Positions 34,259-46,945 are shown, numbered from the stretch's first letter. The stretch: DNA of 64,000 nucleotides from Macrostomum hystrix (GCA_950097015.1 CATNEN010000007.1:7750001-7814000), one strand, 5' to 3'. Numbers and translations: made by a program. Notes: a model not told the origin generated them from the sequence alone.

Positions 34259-37200
34259 TCCTCATCGTCAGCAGCCGGCGGCAGCGGCCAGCAGCGCCGT
34301 TCCCCATCCTCTTCGCCCTCTTCAGTGTCAGCGTCTTTACCTCTGCGGTCGATGTCGCCGGCGGCGGCTACTACAGCAGCTGCTGCGGCCTCGACGGCGC
34401 CTTCGTCACTGGCTGCTCCGTTGCCAGCAGCAGCTGATGCCGACGTGGAGATGGGCACGGAAGAGGAGGAGGCCGCGGCTGCGACGGCTGAGGCTTCGAC
34501 ATCTGCCGCGACTGGGGGCAAGAAGCAGGGCGCTTCATCTGCTGGAATTCAGGTCTCTTTAGCTTTAAAACTTTCTATTAGAGCAGTTATGTAGATGACC
34601 GGATCTTGGTGCCATTCTTCTGGACAAAGACCTGCATTCCTGTCCGTTTTTGGGTCTTTTTAAGATTGTAAAGATTGTTAGAGGAAACGCTTGGTCATAG
34701 GCGAGTGTTGACTCAACATGTTGTTTTCAACACCTGCAATTTCCGCCATCACCGAATATTCAGGTGCCAAAGTGGCGCGTGTCAGCCGTGCTGGCGGAGC
34801 ACGAGCTGCAGAAGCTGCGTCTTCAGGACGCAAAGCGGGACGAGGTTCGCGCCCTCCTAGCCGAGAATTCGCGTTTCATCGACGAGCAGCTGCGCGATCT
34901 CGAGCGGCACAGGCAGAGCGCGTTGTCCGATGATAACCGCCACCTGTTCGAATGCGACCCGGTGCGCATCCCCGCCTACCTGCCCTCAGCCGTGGTTCAG
35001 CAGCATCGCGAGACCCCCTTCGGCTGCTACGAAGTTCGCTTCGGCAGCTCGAAGCGGCCCTGCCAGACCGGCCTGCTGATGCTGCCCTCCGTGGCCGGCC
35101 TGCCCAGCGCCGTCAGCTGGGCGCCGCTTCAGCAGAATTTCGCCACCGAAGACGAAGTCGAATTGCAGAACATTCCCTACATGGGCGAGGGCGAGCACGA
35201 CGCCAAGTTTCTGGACGAACTGCTGCGCAACTACGGCGGCCGGGTGCACGGCAACTTCCCGTTCGACCTGGACGAGGAGCTGCTTGTGCCGCTAGTCAAA
35301 GCGCTGATTGAGAGTCGGGCGCTGGAAGGCGAGGTAAGGGGACTCTAGAGGCAGCTATTTGAAGAATGTGCTTATGGTTGGCAATAGAAAGACCACAGGC
35401 TATTCAAAATCCCATATTTTTTCCATGTGGGAATAGAATCGCCATGAAAATCCATAACGCGGGCTAAAATTTTCCGCTCTATTGGATAAATAAAACAATT
35501 TTAAAGAATCACAAAAATCGGCATCGCTTAGATATTCAACAATTCTAGTCGGGTTGTCTGGTGGCAAAGACCGCCACATAGGCGTTAAAGGCATTTCTGC
35601 TCATAAAATTTCATCATTACCAACTTTCATTTTAATTGGGAGCGGGGTTGACAATGAAGATGAGTCTGTCCATAAATCAGTAACCGTGTTATACACTACC
35701 TAATGATGAAAATATAAGGGCAGATTTACACACCTGTGTGAGAGAGTGCTCGGAGGTCAGTAGATGATACGCCGGGATGGCTGATTAGACTCTGGAGGTG
35801 GCAGAGAAGGCATAGGATGGGTGGAATCCATAGTATCGCAGGAGACAGTTGGCACAGGGAAGGAACAGCTGTTGCAGGCAGGCAAGCAGTTCTATTCTGT
35901 TCTTCTAGGCTGAGCCGCCGGACAGTGCCATCCAGTCCAAGGAGCAGCCATCCGAGGAGAAATCGGCAGACCAGGCTCCGGGTAGCTGCGGCAGCGGCAA
36001 CGGAGGCGCCGGCAGCAGCAGCAGCAGCAGCTCGAACAGTTGCCAGGTGCCGGATTGGCTTTTCCAGGCGGTGGCGGCCGCATTCGGCAGGGCCGAGGAC
36101 TACGGCAAGCTGATGGTGCGCTACGTGGAGCTGGAGGACCGGGCAGTGGAGGCGGCCTGCAGTTACGCCACGCCCAACATCGACAAGGAGCCGCAGAGCC
36201 TCAGCCGGGATGACTGCCTGAACAGCTTTCACACCCTGTTCTGCCGGCGCTGCTTCAAGTACGACTGCCAGCAGCATCCGTTCAAGTCAACTGAGAGCAT
36301 GTACCGAGTGCGCCAGACAGTCTGCGAGACCCCCAGCTCCGTTGCCGCGTGCGGTGACTCATGCAGCCAGGTTAGCTACCTCTGTCTTCCTGCTTTATTT
36401 AGGCCAGTTTCATTTGCAACCAACGCAGCCAAATTAAACTCTCCAGGTGCTTGGTGACAAAGTCCATGAGCCACAGTGGTCGTCAGCCGAGATGACTCTG
36501 TTACGAGTGTTCCAGTGCCACTTTAACAGCTGCCGACTGGCCCACGTTGTTCCCGGCCGTACCTGCGCCCAGGTGGCTAGCTTCTTGCGCCGTGAGGCCA
36601 ATCTCAGCGCCGAGGAGCGGACCGAGCTGTCGCCGCCGCGAAAGAAGCGCAAGGTGCGCAAGAGGGCCGGCGTTAACGGAAGTCGGCGCGCGCCCGGCCA
36701 GCAGGTGAGACAAGATCTGGCGGAGCTGGGGGCGACTTAGTGCTGGAATCAGGAGATAGCTGAGGGAACGGTATCGGATGAAAGCTGTGAGAATAGAATC
36801 GGATGAAAAGCTGTGAGGATAGAATCGGATGAAAACCTGTGAGAATAGAATCGGATGAAAACCTGTGAGAATGGAATCGGATGAAAGCTGTGAGAATGGA
36901 ATCGGATGAAAACCTGTGAGAATGGAATCGGATGAAAGCTGTGAGAATGGAGTCGGATGAAAAGCTGTGAGAATGTAATCGGATGAAAGCTGAGAGAATA
37001 GAATCGTATGAAAGCTCTGAGAATGGAATCGGATGAAAGCTGTGAGAATGGGATTGGATGAAAGCTGTGAGAATGGAATCGGATGAAAGCTGTGAGAATG
37101 GAATCTGATGAAAGCTGTGAGAATGGATTCGGATGAAAGCTGTGAGAATGGGATTGGATGAAAGCTGTGAGAATAGAATCGGATGAAAGCTGTGAATGGA

Positions 37201-38721
37201 ATCGGATGAAAGCTGAGAGAATAGAATCGGATGAAAAGCTGAGAGAATAGAATCGTATGAAAGCTCTGAGAATGGAATCGGATGAAAGCTGAGAGAATAG
37301 AATCGGATGAAAAGCTGAGAGAATAGAATCGTATGAAAGCTCTGAGAATGGAATCGGATGAAAAGCTGTGAGAATGGAATCGGATGAAAGCTGAGAGAAT
37401 AGAATCGTATGAAAGCTCTGAGAATGGAATCGGATGAAAGCTGTGAGAATGGGATTGGATGAAAGCTGTGAGAATGGAATCGGATGAAAGCTGTGAGAAT
37501 GGAATCGGATGAAAGCTGTGAGAATGGAATCGGATGAAAGCTGTGAGAATAGAATCGGATGAAAGCTGTGAATGGAATCGGATGAAAGCTGAGAGAATAG
37601 AATCGGATGAAAAGCTGAGAGAATAGAATCGTATGAAAGCTCTGAGAATGGAATCGGATGAAAGCTCTGAGAATGGAATCGGATGAAAGCTGTGAGAATG
37701 GGATTGGATGAAAGCTGTGAGAATGGAATCGGATGAAAGCTGTGAGAATGGATTCGGATGAAAGCTGAGACTGGATTCGGATGAAAGCTGTGAATGGAAT
37801 CGGAATGAAGCCAGGAACATTATCATAGGAAAGATAAGAAACGGGAATAAAATAAATGATTGAAGGCGTCGCTGCTTGCATTGAAGGATCATCATAACCA
37901 GATTCCAAAACACGTCGCCCCGCTCCACTCGCCGCCAGGTAAGCCAGTCGCACTATTATCACCCGTGCGATCACCCGGATCGCCGCTGCGACGACAAGTG
38001 CAGCTGCCGTGCTGCCGGCAATTTCTGCGAGAAATTCTGCCAGTGCTCGCCGGCCTGTCCCAACCGGTTCGCCGGCTGCCGCTGCAAGTCCCAGTGCAAC
38101 ACCAAGCAGTGCCCCTGCGTGCTGGCTGTCCGCGAGTGCGACCCGGACCTCTGCTGCACCTGCGGAGCCGACGCGCCCAACGGCAACTGCCGCAACGTGG
38201 CCCTGCAGCGCGGCCAGCGGAAGCACCTGTTAATGGCGCCTAGCGACGTGGCCGGCTGGGGCATCTTCCTGCGCGACTCTGCCGAGCGTGGCGACTTTAT
38301 CTACGAATACTGCGGCGAGGTCATCACGCAGGATGAGGCCGATCGGCGAGGCAAGGTCTACGATAAGTACATGAGCTCGTTCCTGTTCAACCTAAATCAG
38401 GACTTTGTAGTTGACGCGACTCGCAAGGGCAACAAAATTCGATTCGCCAACCACTCGGTGAGTCCGAACTGCTCAGCCAAGGTTCTCATGGTCAACGGCG
38501 ATCACCGCATCGGCATCTTCGCCAATCGGCCAATAGCGCCAGGCGAAGAGCTGTTCTTCGACTATCGCTACGGCCCGATGGAGCAGCTCAAGTACGTCGG
38601 TATCGAGCGCGAACGACGCGCGGCTGCCGCGGCCGCCGCCGCCAACGCAGCCGGGGCAACTCAGCCCGCGCCAGCTGCGATCGCCGCCTCGGCAGCCGAG
38701 TCAGAAACTGCGACGGCTTGA
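34259..38721 (+). CDS. EZH2: Enhancer of zeste H3K27 methyltransferase; exons 34259-34552 (start uncertain, first ATG 34352), 34764-35333, 35909-36370, 36447-36704, 37939-38721
   Basis: [43 protein letters not shown] domain and SET domain ([34 protein letters not shown]). Confidence 0.95.
35382..35615. mobile_element. Truncated, inverted, diverged copy of the 33571-33923 MITE in an EZH2 intron
   Basis: GTCGGGTTGTCTGGTGGCAAAGACC matches the reverse complement of GGTCTTTGCCACCAGACAAACCGAC with one mismatch; terminus CAATAGAAAGACCAC. Confidence 0.7.
36773..37803. repeat. ~25-bp minisatellite (~41 copies) in an EZH2 intron
   Basis: GAATGGAATCGGATGAAAGCTGTGA variants. Confidence 0.95.
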
Positions 38722-38817
38722 AAATCTGCGGACTGAATTCCTTGTTGGGCTGGGTTCAATTACACACAGGTGTGAAAATAGTTAATTTGTAACAGAGTTA
38801 CTTACTCAGTGCTATGA

Positions 38818-39552
38818 AATTGTAATTACCTGAAGGTGTTAAGCGAGTTAATTGCTCGGGGGTATCAAATTGTAATTACCTGAAGGTGTTAAGCGAGTTA
38901 ATTGCTCGGGGGTATCAAATTGTAATTACCTGAAGGTGTTAAGCGAGTTAATTGCTCGGGGGTATCAAATTGTAATTACCTGAAGGTGTTAAGCGAGTTA
39001 ATTGCTCGGGGGTATCAAATTGTAATTACCTGAGGGTTTTAAGCGAGTTAATTGCTCGGGGGTATCGAATTGTAATTACCTGAAGGTGTTAAGCGAGTTA
39101 ATTGCTCGGGGGTATCGAATTGTAGTTACCTGAGGGTTTTAAGCGAGTTAATTGCTCGGGGGTATCAAATTGTAATTACCTGAGGGTTTTAAGCGAGTTA
39201 ATTGCTCGGGGGTATCGAATTGTAATTACCTGAAGGTGTTAAGCGAGTTAATTGCTCGGGGGTATCAAATTGTAATTACCTGAGGGTTTTAAGCGAGTTA
39301 ATTTCTCGGGGGTATCAAATTGTAATTACCTGAAGGTGTTAAGCGAGTTAATTGCTCGGGGGTATCAAATTGTAATTACCTGAAGGTGTTAAGCGAGTTA
39401 ATTGCTCGGGGGTATCAAATTGTAATTACCTGAGGGTTTTAAGCGAGTTAATTGCTCGGGGGTATCGAATTGTAATTACCTGAAGGTTTTAAGCGAGTTA
39501 ATTGCTCGGGGGTATCAAATTGTAATTACCTGAGGGTTTTAAGCGAGTTAAT
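38818..39552. repeat. 50-bp tandem repeat (~14.5 copies) just 3' of the EZH2 stop
   Basis: AATTGTAATTACCTGAAGGTGTTAAGCGAGTTAATTGCTCGGGGGTATCA. Confidence 0.95.
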
Positions 39553-40429
39553 TACTTCAATGTGTTCAAATAATTCAGCCGCATGTGCTCGGTTGTAAAT
39601 ATAACCTACGAAATGGATGTGTCCCATTACTTTTCAGCCTTAGGCCATTTCAAAATCTGCAATTTTAGCGCATAATTCTCAATTAACAGTTCGCTATGAA
39701 GCCAATTTTCTCTCCTCTTTCTCTCAAGGGTTAGTTAATAATTTTCTCACTATCCAGTTTTGCCAAATTAACTGCCTAGCGAATAAGACATTGCCAGGAG
39801 TCATGCTGTGCTGTAGCATTCTGTGCTCATTTTAATCAATTTAAAGATCAACTGGCACATTTTTCTCATTGCGACTGCATTTCCCTGCCCTCCGCTAATT
39901 AAGTTATCAGCTGGAAACGTTTTGTTTGGGATTTCTAAATCTACAATCTAAATTTACTGTTGAGGCTTTCTATTCGCAGTCTGTATAATGCCAGCTTCTA
40001 TCATTAGTAATACTTTAATATTGAATGCGTAGATGTACAATTGTGCATATGCGAATTTAGCTCTTAATCAATTATCCGCACGTGCCGCCTACAATGTCTG
40101 TTTTATCTGTCTACTGTGTGAGCCTCCATTTAAACTAGTTTAAATTAACTAATTGTGCAGTTGAAATGCATGTCTGTTTTTTTAAATCCCGTTATATCCA
40201 AATTCCAGTTCCTGTCACATTGTATTCAAATTTGCTAATTTAAACAATTGTGAATTTTTTCTTAATTAAAAATCTAATTGCTTTATAGACACACTTGTCG
40301 TTTGGCATGCTTCATTGCAACAATACATTGCTCTGCTACATTAAACTGCCTTCCTTTTTAGAACACATTGACTATGACCGTTTGATTATAATAGATTACA
40401 GCTAAAAATATGTATAGCCATGTATAGCC

Positions 40430-40595
40430 AGTCAGTCCATGGACTGGGGAGCCGCCACACCCACTCATCTGATACTGGTACCCATTTTACAGCTCGGCAA
40501 ACTAAAGACTGAACCAATTGGTTGCTTGGGCTAAGACTCGAACCCAAGACCTCCCCTCTAGGTCAGAAGTCCGAATTTCTTAGCACCTGGCTACA
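40430..40595 (-). mobile_element. tRNA-derived SINE with GTAAAATGGGTACC core
   Basis: Minus strand reads GTAGCCAGGTGCTAAG (A-box-like), GGGTTCGAGTC (B box) and GAGCTGTAAAATGGGTACCAG. Confidence 0.6.
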
Positions 40596-41310
40596 GGTCT
40601 CCATTTCCCTACTTTACTCAGCTAGACTGAAATGCGTCAGGGCCAATGAGAGTCTTAATCAATCTGGTTTTCTCTCTCTATTCATTGTTAGCTAGCCAAT
40701 AAGTTGACCCCTTTATTTCCTTCTGTGTGTATTTATTCACTTCAACTCCCTCTCATGCTGTCCTCTCTTATTCACTGTTGCCTTTTCCCACCGGCAGCTG
40801 ACCTGTGAGTCACAGCCACTCACTCACACCCAGCTAACCATACTGCCTGCGAATACCCTGGGACTGAGCCATTCTCACTCGCTGCGTAAGTCTCTCTGTA
40901 TGTATTCAAGTGATTTAACGCTCGCAACAATTTTCTGTCTAGGCGGGCGGGGGAGTGTGAGAAGTTGGGCGTTCCATTTGTTTAAGTGCTCAAATTAACA
41001 CCAAAGTTTATTCTTCTGCTAATCTTTCTTTGCACTGCTTGAGTAGCTCCTTCTCTGCCTCAGCTGCTTGTGGGAAAGTAAATAGGTGGTGCTTGCCTCT
41101 AGGAAGCTTCTATCCGACGTGTTATAGATAACGTCAAGCACCTTTAAAGTATAATTACTTTTCGATTGGTTTTAGAATAGTTTATTAGATTACCGTATTG
41201 CTACTTAGAGTAGGATATCTAGGGCATCGCATCGACAGCCTATAAACACAATCTAGCTGCCCGCATTCGCTCTCCAGCCCAGCTTGCTGCTGTCCAGCCA
41301 GGCCCGGTCA

Positions 41311-42295
41311 ATGTCAGAAGCTGTGCACGCCAGCCAACTGCAGCAGCAGCAGCAGGGCGGCCTCACCGCAGTCGCCTGCTCCCTCTGCGGCCGTCAGCTC
41401 ACCGGCTGTCGCTACGTTGTCACCGAGGATGCGGCTGTCTGCACCGACTGCTTCGAGTCTCGGCTGGCCAACGAGTGCGCCAAATGCGGCGCCCGCATCG
41501 GCTGCGAGATGACCGACCTGGGGCACAACGGCCGGCACTGGCACGAGGCCTGCTTCCGCTGCGCCGCCTGCGGCTGCTCCCTGGCCTCCCAGCCGTTCCT
41601 GGCCAGGGAAGACGACGTCTACTGCACCGCCTGCCACGATGAGCGATTCGCTGCCAGGTGCTGCCGTTGTCATCAGGTCAGTCCGCTCTGCCGAGATGTT
41701 ATTGGGGCAACAGTTGCTAACAGTCGTACAGGTAGCCTTATTATAAAAAATCGCCCAACCCGCCTGCCAGGTGTTCAAAGCCGGCAGCCGGAAGCTGGAG
41801 TGGCGCAGCCAGCAATACCACGAGCAGTGCTTCCTGTGCGCCGAGTGCGGCTGCGGCATCGGCTGCGAAAGTTTCATACCGCACGGCGACAACGCCTGCT
41901 GCGTCGCCTGCTACGAGGGCCGCTTCGCCCAGCGCTGCCGCGAGTGCCGGCAGGTCATTCGCAAGGGCGGCGTCACATACAAGGGCCAGGCCTACCACTC
42001 CGACTGTCTGGTGTGCGGCCACTGCGCCAAGCCCCTGGCCGGCCTGAAGTTCACTTCGCAGCAGGAGCGGCCCTACTGCGCCGACTGTTTCGGCCAGCTG
42101 TTCGCCCGCAAGTGCTGCCGCTGCGCCCAGCCTATCACCGGCTTCACCGGCGCCAAGTTTGTCTCATTCGAGGATCGCGACTGGCACTCGGACTGCTTCG
42201 CCTGCGGCCGCTGCTCCGACAGCCTGGTCGGCAAGGGATTCCTCACCGAGGGCGACGCGCTGCTGTGCACCGGCTGCGCCTCCCTGCCCAAGTAG
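41311..42295 (+). CDS. Four-and-a-half LIM domain protein (FHL2/Limpet family); exons 41311-41676, 41771-42295
   Basis: N-terminal half LIM (CSLC...CTDC) followed by four LIM domains (WHEACFRC, YHEQCFLC, YHSDCLVC, WHSDCFAC); SLVGKGF. Confidence 0.92.
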
Positions 42296-44154
42296 GGCGC
42301 TTCTGACACCTTGACTTTCCTGCTTCGATACCGCTCAGAATCCTGCACAAGTTGGTTCAATGTGTTCGGCAGTTTCTTTGCTTCGATACCACCCTAAATT
42401 CTGACTAGATTCTATGCTTGAAGCGGCTTCTTAGTCCTATTCCTTTCGGAACCCACATAGCGTCTTTTTCGTCAGTTTCTTGCTTCGATACCACTTACAA
42501 TCTAAATAGGCTCTAGGCGATCCACTAGTCAGTTTCCATTTTCGGCAGTTTCTTGCTTCGATATCCCTCTTTTCGAGCTACACTGTGCCTCCCTTAAACC
42601 AGTAGAGGTAAATAAAAATCGCCTAAATTAATGGTATCGATGCTAGACGTCTCTGGTATTGGCCTAAGAAACTGCCGGACTTCATTTCTAAGATATTTTA
42701 GCCTGCTGTCGCTAGATTAAAGTGTTAAAATAAAATTTTTATTTTCTTTAAACCCTATTGGGCACTGATTTTTTCATGTAGAGCTGCTTTTAACCCGCTG
42801 CTGCCCTTGAAGTTTAAATTAAATTTTTGTTATTGTTCAAATGACCTGCTTGTCCTATTCACCTAAGAATCTCACCTGCTAATCGCTATTGTCTGCTTAT
42901 TGACTGGAGTTAAAGCATTCCGAGCTGGCAGTCTCTATTGGTTTGAGGCCCGGACTCTTTATAATCAATTGTGTAACCAGCTAGTCTCTTCAATTCCCGC
43001 TTCTGCATAGTAATGCCGTGTTTCCTTTCTGAAGCAATGATTTTAATCCCAAGCTTTGCCTCATTTATGCACCAATACAAGAGACCAAAATGAGCTACTA
43101 ATTGTCACTGCGGTCCCAGGTTCGATGCCCACCTATTTCCTGTTTGGATTCTTTTTATGAATGCAATTTGCGTCTGCCTCTCCGTGGGCCGCTATTAGTA
43201 GTATGATCAGGGTTCGAACAAGGCGAACTTGTAAATACATTTTAGTGCGCCTTTGCGAGCTTGTTCAATGCTATTTTCCTTGCTCCCCTATCCTAGTCTA
43301 TCTCCGCCTGTCCCATTCTACTGAATTGTTTTATTTCTTTTAACCAGCTGCTCCATCACCGCCTATAATATAACTATTGTAATCCGTCGAGATTGCGGGC
43401 TCATTTTTTATTTCGCTATCACTAAATCTGATTAATCTTTGTCCTTGTTTTCACTGTTTACTTGTCTTCACTGATTAGATAGGTAAATAGTCAAAGAAAT
43501 AAAACCTAACCTATATAGGCCTTATTTGACTTAGCAGCGGGTAGGCGTCGCCGCCGCCCATCCCGCTAGCCCCTGGCGTCCACGGGCAGCTAAAACTGCG
43601 GTGTCACGCAGGGAGATCCGGTGATGCCGGCGTCCACGGCGCGGTCCTCCGGAGAATCCAGGAGGTGGAGAGTCGCTCGCCCGATGGCACTCGGGTATCG
43701 AACCTCCGGGTTTGGGCCGAGGTAGGTGAGCCTGTCCTGAGTGAAGGCGGGGCAGTCGCAAATGAAATGCTCCGCATTCTCTAAATGGGAGAGTCAGAAA
43801 AGGCACTCCTCACTGCGGATTGCAGGTAGCGATGCATAGCGAAACAGCCATGGCTAGAGAGGGCCATGGTGACTGTCCTGTGGTTGATCAATCAGCGGTG
43901 TTGATCCACCCGTCCTTGTGCTTCAAATTCCAAGATGTGACGATGGCGATGGGATGGAGATCGCAGGCAGTTATATATGGGCCACATATATAACCATTGG
44001 CACAGCCCTAACTATTCCAAATGTTATGTACCGCTGTTCACAGTCCGTGGACTGGTTAAGCCGACAAAATCATTAAATTTTCTACCCCAGCTGGGTGGAA
44101 CTGAAGCACTAAGGTCGAGTTAAGCATGTATTTTCGTGTCGCAACTCTTTAGAT

Positions 44155-44681
44155 CAGGGGTCGGCAAACTTATTTGCTGGCGGGCCAAAGAGAGAATCTA
44201 AAAGACGACAGCGGGCCGCTTTGATTATAGAAATATGATATAAGGGAGAGATAAGACACGGGAGAGATGAGACACTGGAGATATGACACACGGGAGAGAT
44301 GAGACATGGGAGAGATGAGACACGGGAGAGTTGATACAGATAACGCGAGAGACGAGAAAGGGGAGAGATGTGACATGAGAGAGATGAGACACTGGAGAGT
44401 TAAGACATGGGAGATATGACACACGGGAGAGATAAGACATGGGAGAGATGTGACACGGGAGAGTTGAGACAGAGATAACGCGAGAGACGAGAAAGGGGAG
44501 AGATGAGACATGAGAGAGATGAGACACTGGAGAGTTGAGACATGGGAGATATGACACACGGGGGAGATGAGACACGGGAGAGTTGAGACAGGATACTGTA
44601 GGTGTTGGAAGGGGCAACGGGCCGGATTTGGGAGCTTCGAGGGCCGCATCTGGCCCGCGGGCCGGAGTTTGCCGATCCCTG
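44155..44681. mobile_element. hAT-Charlie-like MITE carrying an internal GAGAC-rich minisatellite
   Basis: TIRs CAGGGGTCGGCAAACT / AGTTTGCCGATCCCTG, subterminal GGCCCGCGGGCC palindrome, exact 8-bp TSD CTTTAGAT. Confidence 0.9.
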
Positions 44682-45151
44682 CTTTAGATGATAAGGCAAG
44701 ATGCTATTAGAAGTGTACAACATACATTATTTAATACTTTTTCTATAAACCACTACGCTCGTAGAGTAAACAATGCATGCTTAGTTTCTTGTCGTGATAA
44801 GATAACACAAAATTACACTTGTGAGCAAAAAAATATTGATTATTTCGCACCTAGAGCGCTGTGAAGCAACCAGATTTCTGCGAGAATCGACGACTGAAGC
44901 AACAACAGCAATGTGATGTCAACTTGAATGCTAAATTTCATGATATTTTTAGTTTCTTCTAAAAGAAGCTTTTATCAGACATTGCAAACTATTGAAGCTT
45001 AAGGAAACGGATTGGAAATTCAGGCGGCAGTTGTGAAGCCCCAGAGAAAACAGTATTTGAGCTTCAGGGAACAGTATTTGCGCTTCAGGGAACAGAATTT
45101 GCGCTTCAGGAACTAGTTAGAGCTTTGGGCTAGAGTTATAGCTCTAGGGGA

Positions 45152-46261
45152 AGTATGGGAGACTCAGGAGACAGTATGGGAGACTCAGGAGACAGTATTG
45201 AAGACTCAGGAGATAGTATTGAAGACTCAGGAGACAGTATGGGAGACTCAGGAGACAGTATGGGAGACTCAGGAGACAGTATGGGAGACTTAGGAGACAG
45301 TATTGAAGACTCAGGAGACAGTATTGAAGACTCAGGAGACAGTATGGGAGACTCAGGAGGCAGTATTGAAGACTCAGGAGACAGTATTGAAGACTCAGGA
45401 GACAGTATGGGAGACTCAGGAGACAGTATTGGAGACTCAGGAGACAGTATGGGAGACTCAGGAGACAGTATTGAAGACTCAGGAGACAGTATGGGAGACT
45501 CAGGAGACAGTATTGAAGACTCAGGAGACAGTATGGGAGACTCAGGAGACAGTATGGGAGACTCAGGAGACAGTATTGAAGACTCAGGAGACAGTATGGG
45601 AGACTCAGGAGACAGTATTGAAGACTCAGGAGACAGTATGGGAGACTCAGGAGACAGTATGGGAGACTCAGGAGACAGTATGGGAGACTCAGGAGACAGT
45701 ATGGGGAGACTTAGGAGACAGTATTGAAGACTCAGGAGACAGTATTGAAGACTCAGGAGACAGTATGGGAGACTCAGGAGACAGTATTGGAGACTCAGGA
45801 GACAGTATGGGAGACTCAGGAGACAGTATTGAAGACTCAGGAGACAGTATGGGAGACTCAGGAGACAGTATTGAAGACTCAGGAGACAGTATGGGAGACT
45901 CAGGAGACAGTATTGAAGACTCAGGAGACAGTATGGGAGACTCAGGAGACAGTATGGGAGACTCAGGAGACAGTATGGGAGACTCAGGAGACAGTATGGG
46001 AGACTCAGGAGACAGTATGGGAGACTTAGGAGACAGTATTGAAGACTCAGGAGACAGTATTGAAGACTCAGGAGACAGTATGGGAGACTCAGGAGACAGT
46101 ATTGAAGACTCAGGAGACAGTATGGGAGACTCAGGAGACAGTATGGGAGACTCAGGAGACAGTATGGGAGACTCAGGAGACAGTATTGAAGACTCAGGAG
46201 ACAGTATGGGAGACTCAGGAGACAGTATTGAAGACTCAGGAGACAGTATAGGAGACTCAGG
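45152..46261. repeat. 21-bp two-variant minisatellite (~53 copies)
   Basis: GGAGACAGTATGGGAGACTCA and GGAGACAGTATTGAAGACTCA. Confidence 0.95.
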
Positions 46262-46279
46262 CTAATTGTGACGCTGGAG

Positions 46280-46945
46280 TCAGATGGAGCTCTCCGCCTG
46301 CGTCCGAGTGCCATCCGCCGCCTCCTCAAGGGGCCTTCGCTCGTCGTCTGGATCAGCGCTGCCGTCGGCAGTGTCGCCAGCCTCTCGCCGTTGCTGACGT
46401 CGCCGCAGCAGGCGGCTTGGCTGGCAGGCGCGCAGGCAGGAGCACAGACGCGCCCTGGCAACTGGGACGTTGCAACGCACCAGCCGCATCGTCAGGATGA
46501 ATGCCAGGCCCAGCAGGCCGATGGCCACGATGGCACCGATCAGAGAATCGCTGAGGCTGACAGCGGTCGGGTACAGCTGGCACAGGTCGCCGCTGGGCTG
46601 TATGTTGGGCGCGGCGGTGGACGTGCAGCCGGAAGCGGCGCGGCCGCCGCAGTAGTCAGCGCAGGTCGTGTGGCCGCCCCCGCAGGCGCACAGGCAGTAG
46701 AAGCGGCCTGGAACGCCGGTGTCACTGGCCCAGACACAGTCGGCACGCCAGCTGCTGTTGTTGCCGCTGCCGCCGCCGTTGCCGAGGCAGCGAAATCCGG
46801 ATGGGTCGGGCGCGGTGTCCAGCACTTCAAGCGCCAGCGAACGCGGAGCCCCCACGTGATCGGCTCGGAAGCAGGCGCACGCCACTGGCTGCTGGGGGCC
46901 GGTGGTGCAGGCGGCCAGCTGCTGCCGGGCGGTCGGCCATGTCAT
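46280..46945 (-). CDS. Orphan Cys-rich protein with one transmembrane helix
   Basis: 221-aa ORF with GC-rich codon usage like neighbouring exons, ~10 Cys N-terminal of the hydrophobic LIGAIVAIGLLGLAFILTM, and a basic then acidic tail. Confidence 0.6.
   Translation of the reverse strand: MTWPTARQQLAACTTGPQQPVACACFRADHVGAPRSLALEVLDTAPDPSGFRCLGNGGGSGNNSSWRADCVWASDTGVPGRFYCLCACGGGHTTCADYCGGRAASGCTSTAAPNIQPSGDLCQLYPTAVSLSDSLIGAIVAIGLLGLAFILTMRLVRCNVPVARARLCSCLRACQPSRLLRRRQQRREAGDTADGSADPDDERRPLEEAADGTRTQAESSI

Noticed and set aside
43500-44100. GC-rich segment as an exon or retroelement fragment
   Set aside because: No convincing ORF, splice pattern, termini or second copy in the window.
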